DNA from: an uncultured Bacillota bacterium
GTDB lineage: Bacteria; Sysuimicrobiota; Sysuimicrobiia; Sysuimicrobiales; Segetimicrobiaceae
Assembly (NCBI GenBank): GCA_963804645.1
Contig: CAWDRG010000019.1
Span: 192,001 to 256,000 of the forward strand
Reading direction: 5' to 3'
DNA: 64,000 bases
This document shows positions 1 through 8,741 of this stretch, in pieces (within the stretch, counting starts at the first letter, position 1; each line of letters opens with the position of its first letter). A program made the position numbers and the translations under genes. The notes under the pieces are model-generated. The model did no database searches, was not told where the DNA came from, and worked only from the letters and a program-made list of their open reading frames with translations.

Positions 1-12
1 GCGCGACGTGGC

Positions 13-1254
13 GTGTGCGGGGCCGTCCTGCGGTCCGGCAAGCCGGTGTTTGTGCCCGTCCCGAAGCGTCCGACGGCCGCCGGGGCCGCGGCGTGCGCGG
101 CCGGCGGTGCCGCGTATATTCCGCTCGCGATCCGCGAGCGCGTCATCGGCGTCCTGCGCGTGTGCCGGCGTCCGCCGGGGACGCTGACCGACCACGACCT
201 GGCCCTGCTCACCGCGATCGTGCGGTACCTCGGCAGCGCGCTCGAGGTCGCCTATCTGCACCAGCAGGCGAAGGACATCTCCGGGACCGACGCGCTGACG
301 GGACTGGCGAATCGTCGGGCGTTCCTGGATCGCATCGAGGCGGAGATGGCCCGGGCCCGGCGGAGCGGCGGGCGCGTGACGATTGTGCTGCTGGACACCA
401 ACGAGTTCAAAGCGGTGAACGACGCGTACGGCCATTATATGGGGGACCGCGCGCTCATCCGCGTCGCGGAGGCCCTCGTGCGCAACATCCGCCGGTCCGA
501 TCTGGCCGTGCGGTACGGGGGCGACGAGTTCCTCGTGGTGATGCCGGACACCGCGATGGCGCAGGCGCGGCGGGTCATCGCGCGGATCGGCGTCGAGGCC
601 CTGCACGTCGACGTCAAGGACCTTCCGCGAGTGACCCTCAGCATGTCCTGGGGCGCCGCGACGTGGCCGGACGACGCGGCAACGACGGACGGCCTGCTGC
701 GGGTCGCCGACGCGCGCCTCTACGCGATGAAGCGCGGACGTCGGAGCATTCCCGAGGCGCCGCCCGAGCTGCCGGCGCCGGTCCGCGCATCCACGGTGCG
801 GCGCTGGGCGCGGGCGGTGCCGCTCGCCGTGTCCGCAGCGGCGGCGGCGCTCACGCTCGTCGCGGCGGGGGCGCTGTTCAGCGGCGCCGCCGGTGTCCGC
901 CACGCGGTGCTGGCCTACCGGTCGGGGCCGGCGCCTGCGGTGGAACACGCCGCGGTGCCGAGCCGTCCCGTCGCGACCCCGCGAGCGTCGCTCGTGCCAG
1001 CGCGGGGCGTCCCGCCGGCCGCGGGAAGCGGGCGGCGCGTCGTCGTGGTCTCCGGGCTGCTGTCGGTCCCGGCCGCCGCGCGGGCGCGGGCAGCGCTCGC
1101 CGAGATCGGCCTGATCCCAGGGTTTCGCCACATGGCGTTCGCACCCGACGTCGCGCGGCTCTTCTACGGGACGTTCACGTCGGTCGCGCAGGCGCGCGTC
1201 TTGGCAGGGCGGGTGCGGGCCGCGGGCTATCCCGCGTTCGTGATCGTGCTGTGA
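13..1254 (+). CDS. Diguanylate cyclase, GAF-GGDEF-TM-SPOR-like; probably 5'-truncated by the window edge
   Basis: TDALTGLANRR, DTNEFKAVNDAYGH and RYGGDEF motifs; GAF-like N-terminal part; hydrophobic helix followed by SPOR-like tail (YGTFTSVAQARVLAGRVRAAGYPAFVI). Confidence 0.85.
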   Translation: MCGAVLRSGKPVFVPVPKRPTAAGAAACAAGGAAYIPLAIRERVIGVLRVCRRPPGTLTDHDLALLTAIVRYLGSALEVAYLHQQAKDISGTDALTGLANRRAFLDRIEAEMARARRSGGRVTIVLLDTNEFKAVNDAYGHYMGDRALIRVAEALVRNIRRSDLAVRYGGDEFLVVMPDTAMAQARRVIARIGVEALHVDVKDLPRVTLSMSWGAATWPDDAATTDGLLRVADARLYAMKRGRRSIPEAPPELPAPVRASTVRRWARAVPLAVSAAAAALTLVAAGALFSGAAGVRHAVLAYRSGPAPAVEHAAVPSRPVATPRASLVPARGVPPAAGSGRRVVVVSGLLSVPAAARARAALAEIGLIPGFRHMAFAPDVARLFYGTFTSVAQARVLAGRVRAAGYPAFVIVL

Positions 1255-1319
1255 TCCCGGCGCGCTGAGCGCCGCGTCGCCGCAGACTGCGGCACGTTCC
1301 CCGGGTCGCGGCAGCGCCG

Positions 1320-2825
1320 ATGCGCAGAGGGCAACTCGCGGTGCGGTGGCGCGATTTTGCCGCCGGGGCGGCGGCCGGGGCGGCGGGGACGCTCGCCGCG
1401 TTCGCGCTGCGCATTGTCGGCGGTGCGCCGACACCGGACGAGATCCTGGCGCAGTGGTTCGTGGGACGCCTTCCATTTCCCGTCTTCGCATGGCTGCTCG
1501 CTGCGCTGCAGCACGCCGCCAAACCCCTCGCGTTCGCGCTGACTGTCGCCGCGACGCTCATGGGATGCGGGCTCGGCGGCCTGGCGTACGGCCGGGGCAT
1601 CCGGGCGCCTCGGCACCGCTCGCGCTTCGCTCAGGCCTCGGCCGCGGCCGTCGGGGCTGCGGCGCTCGGCGCCGTCGTCGTGCTGTCTCTCCGCGGCGTG
1701 CTCAGCGCGGCCGTCGTGGCGCCGGCGCTGCCGCTCGCCGTCGGCGCGGCGCTCTATGGGCTGCTGCTGGCCCGGTGGATCCCGGGGACGGCGCCCGCCC
1801 GCATACCCGGCACCGGGACACTGTCCGGAGAGCCGGTCGGCGCCGCACGGGTCGCGCGCCGGCGCCTGCTACGCCACTCCGCGCTGCTCGTCACCGGGCT
1901 CGCCGCGGCCGTGTTGATCGTGCGCCGGATCGCCCGGGCGCCCGCCGCCGCGCGCGGGCTGCCGCCGGAAGTCACCCCGAACGACCAATTCTATCAGGTC
2001 TCGAAAAACTATCCGTTCGATCCGACCGTGGACCGGGCCACATGGTCGCTCGAGGTTGGGGGGCTCGTGGCCGCGCCGCTCACGCTGTCGTACGCCGAGT
2101 TCCTGCGCGCCGCCCCGCCCGTGGAGTGCTACCGCACCCTTGAATGCATCAGCAATGAGGTGGGCGGCGACCTGATCGGGAACGCGAAGTGGAAGGGGAT
2201 CCGGGTGCGCGATGTCCTGGCGCTCGCCGGGGTGCGTCCGACCGCGACCACGGTGGTGTGGCGGAGCGCGGACGGGTACCGCGAGTCGGTGCCGCTGGCG
2301 GCGGCGATGGATCCGGACGCGCTGCTCGTCTACGAGATGAACGGTGCCGCTCTTCCACAGAAGCACGGCGCGCCCGTCCGGGTGCTGCTTCCGAACCGCT
2401 ACGGTATGAAGCAGCCCAAGTGGCTGACCGCGATCGAGGTCTCCCGGCTCGACATCATGGGGTACTGGGAGCGGCAGGGGTTGAGCAAGGCGGCCATCGT
2501 GAAGACGCAGAGCGCCTTCCTGGAGGCCGCGCCGGGCGCGCTCGTGTCCCTCGGCGGCTGGGCGTTCGCCGGGCGCCGCGGCATCGCTCGGGTCGAGATC
2601 AGTGCGGACGGCGGGACCTCGTGGATCCCGGCGTCGGTCAGCGCACCGCTGGACACGAACTGCTGGCAGTTTTGGACCGCGGCGTGGCGCGCGCCGGGGC
2701 CGGGCGAGTACACGCTCACGGTGCGGGCCGCCGACGCCGCGGGCGTCTATCAGGCCGGCAGATTCAGACGCCTTCCCGACGGCGCCGAGGGCTACGACGC
2801 CGTGCGCGTGCACGTCTCGGGGTAG
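1320..2825 (+). CDS. Membrane-anchored molybdopterin-dependent oxidoreductase (sulfite oxidase family)
   Basis: EVTPNDQFY, TLECISN (Mo-ligating Cys), HGAPVR, YGMKQPKW motifs; N-terminal TM helices; C-terminal Ig-like dimerisation domain. Confidence 0.9.
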   Translation: MRRGQLAVRWRDFAAGAAAGAAGTLAAFALRIVGGAPTPDEILAQWFVGRLPFPVFAWLLAALQHAAKPLAFALTVAATLMGCGLGGLAYGRGIRAPRHRSRFAQASAAAVGAAALGAVVVLSLRGVLSAAVVAPALPLAVGAALYGLLLARWIPGTAPARIPGTGTLSGEPVGAARVARRRLLRHSALLVTGLAAAVLIVRRIARAPAAARGLPPEVTPNDQFYQVSKNYPFDPTVDRATWSLEVGGLVAAPLTLSYAEFLRAAPPVECYRTLECISNEVGGDLIGNAKWKGIRVRDVLALAGVRPTATTVVWRSADGYRESVPLAAAMDPDALLVYEMNGAALPQKHGAPVRVLLPNRYGMKQPKWLTAIEVSRLDIMGYWERQGLSKAAIVKTQSAFLEAAPGALVSLGGWAFAGRRGIARVEISADGGTSWIPASVSAPLDTNCWQFWTAAWRAPGPGEYTLTVRAADAAGVYQAGRFRRLPDGAEGYDAVRVHVSG

Positions 2826-2945
2826 CGGCCCGGGGCCAAGGCGGGCGGCAGGCCCGCGAGACGAGGACCTCGAGTTCCCCGTGACGGTGCGCGCACAGTA
2901 TGATGTGATGGTCTGCGCCGGCGACCAGTTCGTGGAGGTGCGTGC

Positions 2946-3242
2946 ATGGGCCAGCTCCTTGCCGTCTTCCGGTCACGAGGCGACGCGTGGAATCACGCGC
3001 GTCCGATGGAGGGACAGGAAGACTGGCCGGCTCACGCCGCGTTCATGAACGTGCTCCAGGCAGACGGGTTCGTGGTGCTGGGTGGGCCGCTCGAGGGAAC
3101 GCCCGACACGCTCCTGATCATCCGCGCGAACGATGCGCAGGAGGTCGCGTCACGCCTGGCCGGCGACCCGTGGACGCGCAGCGGCTTGCTGCGAATGACG
3201 CGGGTCGCTCCTTGGACACTCCGCCTCGGCTCCCTCGGGTGA
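2946..3242 (+). CDS. YciI-like protein
   Basis: HAAFMN...LGGPL...DPW pattern; GGAGG RBS upstream. Confidence 0.7.
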   Translation: MGQLLAVFRSRGDAWNHARPMEGQEDWPAHAAFMNVLQADGFVVLGGPLEGTPDTLLIIRANDAQEVASRLAGDPWTRSGLLRMTRVAPWTLRLGSLG

Positions 3243-3353
3243 CGCCTGGAGCGCGACGCGGCCGCGCGATGTTCTAGACGGCGGCGTGGCCGAGGCTCCC
3301 CGCTCGGGTGCCGACGGCAGGAGTTCGAACCACCCACCGGAACCCCATCACAC

Positions 3354-3662
3354 ATGGCCGCGTACATCGTGATCATGCGATTGCACACCCGCAATCCCGC
3401 AGAACTCGGCGCGTACGCGAAGGACGCGCCGGCGTTTCTCGCCGGACACGCGGTGAAGTTCCTCGCACGCTTTGGCCCCTGCGAGGTGGTCGAGGGACCG
3501 GCGGTCGAAGGCGTCGCCATCCTCGAGTTCCCGACGGCCGCGGAGGCCCGGGCCTGGTATCGGAGCCCCGCGTACCAGGCGGCGAGCCAGCATCGTTTTC
3601 TCGGCGGCGATTACAGCGCCGTGATCGTGGAGGGCGCCGACGCGGACAGCACCCATCGCTAG
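3354..3662 (+). CDS. DUF1330 family protein
   Basis: EVVEG...ILEFPTAAEARAWYRSPAYQ signature. Confidence 0.85.
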   Translation: MAAYIVIMRLHTRNPAELGAYAKDAPAFLAGHAVKFLARFGPCEVVEGPAVEGVAILEFPTAAEARAWYRSPAYQAASQHRFLGGDYSAVIVEGADADSTHR

Positions 3663-3921
3663 AGAGGTGCCGCTCCCGCGCCGCGGCCGCCTGGCGCCTT
3701 TTTGGGAACATCTGTTCGCCAGGCGAAGAATTGTCCGTTCGAACAGATAGGGGATCGCCCCGTCGGCGCGAACCCTCAAGCTTTGTGTCCGGCATCTCTG
3801 AGGGGTCACGGGAGGAGCCGCGGGTGATGATCGCTCACGACCTCACGGCGGTGGCAACTCTGCTTCGGGCGGCGCGGCGCCCCGACGTGGGCCGCCCCAT
3901 GCACCGGGACGGTCTTTCCTG

Positions 3922-4314
3922 ATGGTGGTGCCGGCCGTGTGCCGACCGCTGCTCAGCAGGCGCGGTCTCGGCATACCCGTCGTCGGCACGTTGGTGCTGT
4001 TGCTCTGCGCTGGCGCGGCGCCCGCGTGGGTCGCGACCTCGGACGTGCCGACGGTCGAGCGCTTCCAGGGGATCTACCTGCAGCAGGCGGTCGAGATCGC
4101 GACGGTCGGCGACCGCATGGTGCTCGAGACTCGGTATACGCGGTTCGAGAAGTGCGGCGGGAAGCGAGGCCTCGCCGAGGAGTACAACGACCACACCGTG
4201 GAGATCCTGGGCCGCGAGACCGTCGGGGTCGGATTCGTGGCCGGGGTCGTCAATCTGATCGAGGGGTGTCCGTCCCCCTCCGCCCCGGCGCCCCAGCCGG
4301 CCGGCGGCGGCTGA
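3922..4314 (+). CDS. Hypothetical exported protein
   Basis: Signal-peptide-like hydrophobic segment; protein-like composition; no recognised family. Confidence 0.45.
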   Translation: MVVPAVCRPLLSRRGLGIPVVGTLVLLLCAGAAPAWVATSDVPTVERFQGIYLQQAVEIATVGDRMVLETRYTRFEKCGGKRGLAEEYNDHTVEILGRETVGVGFVAGVVNLIEGCPSPSAPAPQPAGGG

Positions 4315-4387
4315 CCGGATCGACCCCACCCTGGGGGAGCGAGGGTGCGATGCCGGCCGCCGCGCCGCCAGCGGTTCCCGCCGCGCG

Positions 4388-5320
4388 TCAGCGCAGCGAG
4401 GAGACGATCAGATCGGTGTTGTGCCGCATCATCCTCAGGTAGGTGTCGCCGTCGGACCCCGCAGGGCCAAGCGTGTCCCCGTAGAGATTGGTGACGACCC
4501 GCACGCCGGTTTCCTGGCCGATCTGCTCTTCGACCTTGGGGTTGACCGAGGTCTCGAGGAAGATCGCCTTGACGTGCTCGCTGCGGATGACCCCGACGAG
4601 CTGCGCGAGGTGCTGCGCGGAGACCTCGGCCTCCGTGTTGGTGCTCGGAATCACGGCCCCGACGAGGGTGAGTCCGTAGCGCGTCACGTAGTAGCTGAAC
4701 GCGTCGTGGCTCGTCACGAGCTTTCGCTCGGCCCGCCGCAGGGTGGCGATCTGCGCGAAGATGTACTTGTCGAGCGCGTCGAGCTGCGGGACATAGCGCG
4801 CCGCGTTGGCCCGATAGTAGGCGGCGTTGGCCGGGTCGGCCTGCGCCATCGCGTCGCGAATGTTGGCGACCATCTGCGCGGCGTTCGGGACGGCAAACCA
4901 GATGTGCGGATCGCCCCGCGGAGACTCGCGGCTTCCCGGCAGCAGCGAGATGCCCCGGCTGGTATCCACGACCCGGACGCGCCGGTGCACGCTCTGTAAC
5001 AGATTGACCATCCACGCGTCTTCCATGCCCGCGCCATTTTCCACGAGCAGGTCGGCGGCTGAGAGCTTTTGCAGATCCCCCGGCACGGCCTCGTAGTCAT
5101 GCGGGTCGACGTTGGCCGGCAGAATCCCCACCACCTGCGCCGCGTTGCCGGCGACGATGCGCGCGAAATCGGTGACCTGCGTCGTGGTCGCCACCACCCG
5201 GAGCGGCCGCGCTGCGCTGGCGCTCGACCCGGCGCCCGTCCATGCGAGCCCGATCACAAGCAGGGCGGTCACCCCTGCGAGGGCCCCGCGCTGCCACAAC
5301 CTGAAGCGCGTCATCTGCAT
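4388..5320 (-). CDS. Zn/Mn ABC transporter substrate-binding protein (ZnuA/TroA family)
   Basis: DPHDYE, GDPHIW, TSHDAF and GDTL metal-ligand motifs; signal peptide; GGGAGG RBS. Confidence 0.92.
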   Translation of the reverse strand: MQMTRFRLWQRGALAGVTALLVIGLAWTGAGSSASAARPLRVVATTTQVTDFARIVAGNAAQVVGILPANVDPHDYEAVPGDLQKLSAADLLVENGAGMEDAWMVNLLQSVHRRVRVVDTSRGISLLPGSRESPRGDPHIWFAVPNAAQMVANIRDAMAQADPANAAYYRANAARYVPQLDALDKYIFAQIATLRRAERKLVTSHDAFSYYVTRYGLTLVGAVIPSTNTEAEVSAQHLAQLVGVIRSEHVKAIFLETSVNPKVEEQIGQETGVRVVTNLYGDTLGPAGSDGDTYLRMMRHNTDLIVSSLR

Positions 5321-5364
5321 CGTGCGTGTCCTCCCTCCCGTACGTGAGTCGCGGTAGTCAGGGT

Positions 5365-5385
5365 AAACGACATCAATTGTCATTA
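5365..5385 (-). promoter_or_regulatory. Putative Zur/Fur-family operator upstream of the canonical substrate-binding protein
   Basis: AT-rich imperfect 21-bp palindrome TAATGACAATTGATGTCGTTT overlapping a CATAAT -10-like hexamer. Confidence 0.6.
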
Positions 5386-5450
5386 TGCCCACTGGTCGAT
5401 GCGGTCGGACGGCCGTGGGGGGTCGGAGGCGCATCGCGTCGGAGCCGCCG

Positions 5451-6308
5451 TCAGGGCGTGGCGCGCCGCGGGATGCGGAGGCGCCAGACGCCGTAGCGGG
5501 GCGCGAACAGCCAGGCCGCAAAGAACATCGCGGTCGCCATCAGCACGATCGCCCCGCCCGACGCGATGTTCAGGTAGAACGAGGCGTACAGGCCGGCGAC
5601 GCCGGAGAGCGCGCCGAGGGCGGCGGCCACCACCATCATCGGGACGACCCGGTCGGTCAAGAGGCGCGCCGTGGCCGCCGGCGTCACGAGCATCGCCAGC
5701 GCGAGCACGGTGCCCACCGCCTGCACCGAGACGATCACCACGAGCGCGAGCAGCACCAGCAGGCCGTTGTCCAAGAGGGCGATGGGGAGGCCCATCGCCT
5801 GGGCCATGTCCCGGTCGAACGACGCCAGGGTGAGCTCCTTGTGGAAGAGGCACACCGCCGCGATCACGAGGACCCCGACCGCAAGCGTCAGCCAGAGATC
5901 CTGCGAGGTCACCCCGAGGATATCGCCGAGGAGAATGGTCGCCAGGTCCCGCACGTACGAGCGGATGCTGCTGATCAGGACGACGCCCAGCGCGAACGCA
6001 CCGACGAACAGCACCCCGATCGCGCTGTCGCTGCTGACGCGGCGGTGCTGGCTCACCGCGCCGATGCCGAGCGCGGTGAGTACCCCGAACGCGAGGCCGC
6101 CGAGCAGGATGTCCACGCGCAGCAGGAAGGCGATCACGATGCCCGGGAAGACCGCGTGCGCCATCGCATCGCCGAGAAACGCCATCCCCCGCAGGACGAC
6201 GTACGTCCCGATGATCCCGCAGAGGAGGCCGATCAGCACGGCCTCCGCCAGCCCGCGCTGCAAGAACCCCAGACCGAGCGGGGCGAGCAGCGCGTCAGCG
6301 AGCGGCAT
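5451..6308 (-). CDS. Zn/Mn ABC transporter permease
   Basis: GDAMAHAVFPG motif; multiple TM helices; operon context. Confidence 0.92.
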   Translation of the reverse strand: MPLADALLAPLGLGFLQRGLAEAVLIGLLCGIIGTYVVLRGMAFLGDAMAHAVFPGIVIAFLLRVDILLGGLAFGVLTALGIGAVSQHRRVSSDSAIGVLFVGAFALGVVLISSIRSYVRDLATILLGDILGVTSQDLWLTLAVGVLVIAAVCLFHKELTLASFDRDMAQAMGLPIALLDNGLLVLLALVVIVSVQAVGTVLALAMLVTPAATARLLTDRVVPMMVVAAALGALSGVAGLYASFYLNIASGGAIVLMATAMFFAAWLFAPRYGVWRLRIPRRATP

Positions 6309-7083
6309 CGTACACCACCAGGCCGGCGTCGAGGACGGCGACCGTCGAGCCGTACGTGGCACGCAGCACGTCGGGGACGAACACCGCCCGGGCGGGGCCG
6401 TACGCGACGAGCCGCCGGTTGAGGCACAGCAGGCGATCGCACCGCTGGGCGGCGGCGGTGAGATCGTGGGTAGACATGATAACGAGCGCCCCCTGGTCCC
6501 GGAGGTCCCCGAGCAGGCACAGCACCGCGTCCTGCGTCGTGGTGTCGACGCCAGCCAGCGGCTCGTCGAGGATCACGACGTCCCCGCGCTGCGCGAGCGC
6601 GCGCGCCAGCAGCACGCGCTGCCGCTGGCCGCGGCTGAGCTGGCCGATCTGCCGCCGCGCGTAGCTCGCCATGCCGACCCGCTCGAGGGCGTCCATCGCG
6701 GTCCGGCGGTCGGCGGCGCGCGGCGCGGCGAGCCACCCGAGGGCCCGGACGCGGCCCATCAGCGCCACGTCGAGGACGCTGACCGGAAACTCCCAATTGA
6801 CCTGCTCGTGCTGCGGCAGGTACGAGACGTGGTGCCACGCCTCCGCGGGGGCCATGCCGTGCAGGCGGATCGCGCCGCGCGCCGGGGCGAGCACCCCAAC
6901 CAGCGCCTTGAGCAGCGTGGTTTTGCCGGCCCCGTTCGGGCCGAGCAGCCCGACGATCGTCCCCGGCTGCAGCGCCGCGGTGACCCCGTCGACGGCCACG
7001 TGGTCGCCGTAGGCGATCGAGACGTCCTCGAACTCGACGGCGGGACCGCGCGGGCGGATCTCGACGATCGGGCGCTCCGGCAT
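6295..7083 (-). CDS. Zn/Mn ABC transporter ATP-binding protein
   Basis: GPNGAGKTT, LSRGQRQR, LDEP and STHD motifs. Confidence 0.93.
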   Translation of the reverse strand: MPERPIVEIRPRGPAVEFEDVSIAYGDHVAVDGVTAALQPGTIVGLLGPNGAGKTTLLKALVGVLAPARGAIRLHGMAPAEAWHHVSYLPQHEQVNWEFPVSVLDVALMGRVRALGWLAAPRAADRRTAMDALERVGMASYARRQIGQLSRGQRQRVLLARALAQRGDVVILDEPLAGVDTTTQDAVLCLLGDLRDQGALVIMSTHDLTAAAQRCDRLLCLNRRLVAYGPARAVFVPDVLRATYGSTVAVLDAGLVVYDAAR

Positions 7084-7090
7084 CGTCCGG

Positions 7091-8122
7091 CTACCGCAGC
7101 GCGGTGACGATCGCGTTGGTGTCGTACTGCATCATCTTCACGTAGGTGTCGCCGTCCGAGCCCGGCAGCCCGAGCGCGTCCGCGTACCAGTCGGTGACCA
7201 CGCGCACGCCCGCGCGGCGTGCGATCTCGGCGGTCACCGCAGGGTCCGCCGAGGCCGTGACGAGCATGGCGTGGACGTGCTGCGCCCGGACCCGGGCCAC
7301 AAGCGCTGCGACGTCGACCCGTCCGGCGCCCGGGGCGGGGATGTCGAGGGACACATACGTCAGCCCGTAGCGCGCGGCGTAATAGGCGAGCCCGCCGTAC
7401 GTGGTGACGAGCGTGCGCCGCCCCCGCGGGAGGGCGGCGGTCTGCGCCTCGATCGTCCGGTCGAGCCCGGTCAACTCGCCGGTGTACCGCGCGGCGTTCC
7501 CGCGAAAGTACGACGCGTACGGCGGTGCGACCGTGCTCAGCGCGTCGCGAATGTTCGCGACCATGCGCACGGCGTTCGGCACCGCGAGCCACAACCGCGG
7601 ATCCCCGTGCGGCGCCGGCGAGGGGGCGAGCCCACGGCTGGCGATCGCGACGGGGACGATCACGCTGCCCCATCCGGGGCCGTACCGCTGGCCCTCCTCC
7701 GGGAGCGCGCGGGCGCCCCGGTCGGTCACCATGACCCGGACCCCCGGCGGGGCCCCGTGCACCACGGGGGCCATCCAGGCCGCTTCGAGCCCCGCGCCGT
7801 TTTCCACGACGAGGTCGGCGAACGCGAGGCGCTGCAGGTCACCGGGACCGAGGGTAAAGTCCGACGGGTCGACGTTCGCGGAGAGGATGGGGTCGACATG
7901 CGCGAGCATCCCACCGATGATGCGCGCGAAATCGGCCACCTGTGTCGTCGTCGCGACGACGCGGACCATCGGTTCCCCGTCGGCGTTGCGCAGATCGGGC
8001 CGAGGCAGGGGCTGGTCGGCCCACTGCGCTCCCGCCTGCCCGCTGAGGACCGCGCACAGCAACACCGCGATCGTCCCGCCGATCGCGCGCCGGCGTCCCG
8101 CGCGTCCGCCCCACGTATTCAC
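7091..8122 (-). CDS. ZnuA/TroA-like substrate-binding paralog lacking His ligands
   Basis: VVATTTQVADFARI and VENGAGLE are near-identical to the 4388-5320 protein; start codon approximate. Confidence 0.85.
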   Translation of the reverse strand: MNTWGGRAGRRRAIGGTIAVLLCAVLSGQAGAQWADQPLPRPDLRNADGEPMVRVVATTTQVADFARIIGGMLAHVDPILSANVDPSDFTLGPGDLQRLAFADLVVENGAGLEAAWMAPVVHGAPPGVRVMVTDRGARALPEEGQRYGPGWGSVIVPVAIASRGLAPSPAPHGDPRLWLAVPNAVRMVANIRDALSTVAPPYASYFRGNAARYTGELTGLDRTIEAQTAALPRGRRTLVTTYGGLAYYAARYGLTYVSLDIPAPGAGRVDVAALVARVRAQHVHAMLVTASADPAVTAEIARRAGVRVVTDWYADALGLPGSDGDTYVKMMQYDTNAIVTALR

Positions 8123-8226
8123 GCCGCGATCACTCCCCGCGATGGCACACCGAGGTCCTCGTCTGTTATGCCCCGGGGCGGTGCGGGGTAGACGCGCCAG
8201 CGCGCGCCGACCGGCCGATCCTGCGG

Positions 8227-8712
8227 CTACCGGTGGGGCGGCCACTCCAGGTCGTCGATGAGCATGTAGCCGGTCACGTTGACGAGCGAGCGGGCGGGTG
8301 CGCCCGCGGCGTTCAGCGCCGACAGCACCTGGACCCGGACGATGCGGTAGGCGTCGTTCTCGTAGGGCGCGGCGGGGAGCGACGGGTCGTCGATGACGTA
8401 GTCTCCGGTTTGCCGAAGCAGTTTGACGATGCTGCCGGTCGACAGGGCGTGACAGTCGCCCGCGCCGTGCGGATCCTGTCCGGTCCGCAGAAGCTGCCAG
8501 GTCTGCTTCAGGCTGGGGATCGCCCCGCAGAGCAGCGACGCGGTGCGCGCGCCCGTCGGCCCCGCGGGGACGACGAGCACCGACCCGGGGACCGCGCGTG
8601 CGTTGAAGGCGATCTGGTCGGGACGCTGCGGCATGGTGTCGGCCGCGGCGGCCGCGGCGGCGCCGAGCGCGACTGCGAGTGCGGCGAGGGCCGTGGGGAT
8701 CCTGGATCGCAT
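8227..8712 (-). CDS. Hypothetical secreted protein
   Basis: Signal peptide MRSRIPTALAALAVALGAAAAAA; RBS; two Cys. Confidence 0.65.
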   Translation of the reverse strand: MRSRIPTALAALAVALGAAAAAAADTMPQRPDQIAFNARAVPGSVLVVPAGPTGARTASLLCGAIPSLKQTWQLLRTGQDPHGAGDCHALSTGSIVKLLRQTGDYVIDDPSLPAAPYENDAYRIVRVQVLSALNAAGAPARSLVNVTGYMLIDDLEWPPHR

Positions 8713-8741
8713 CGTCTCCGCTCCTCGGCCGTGCGGTCCGC

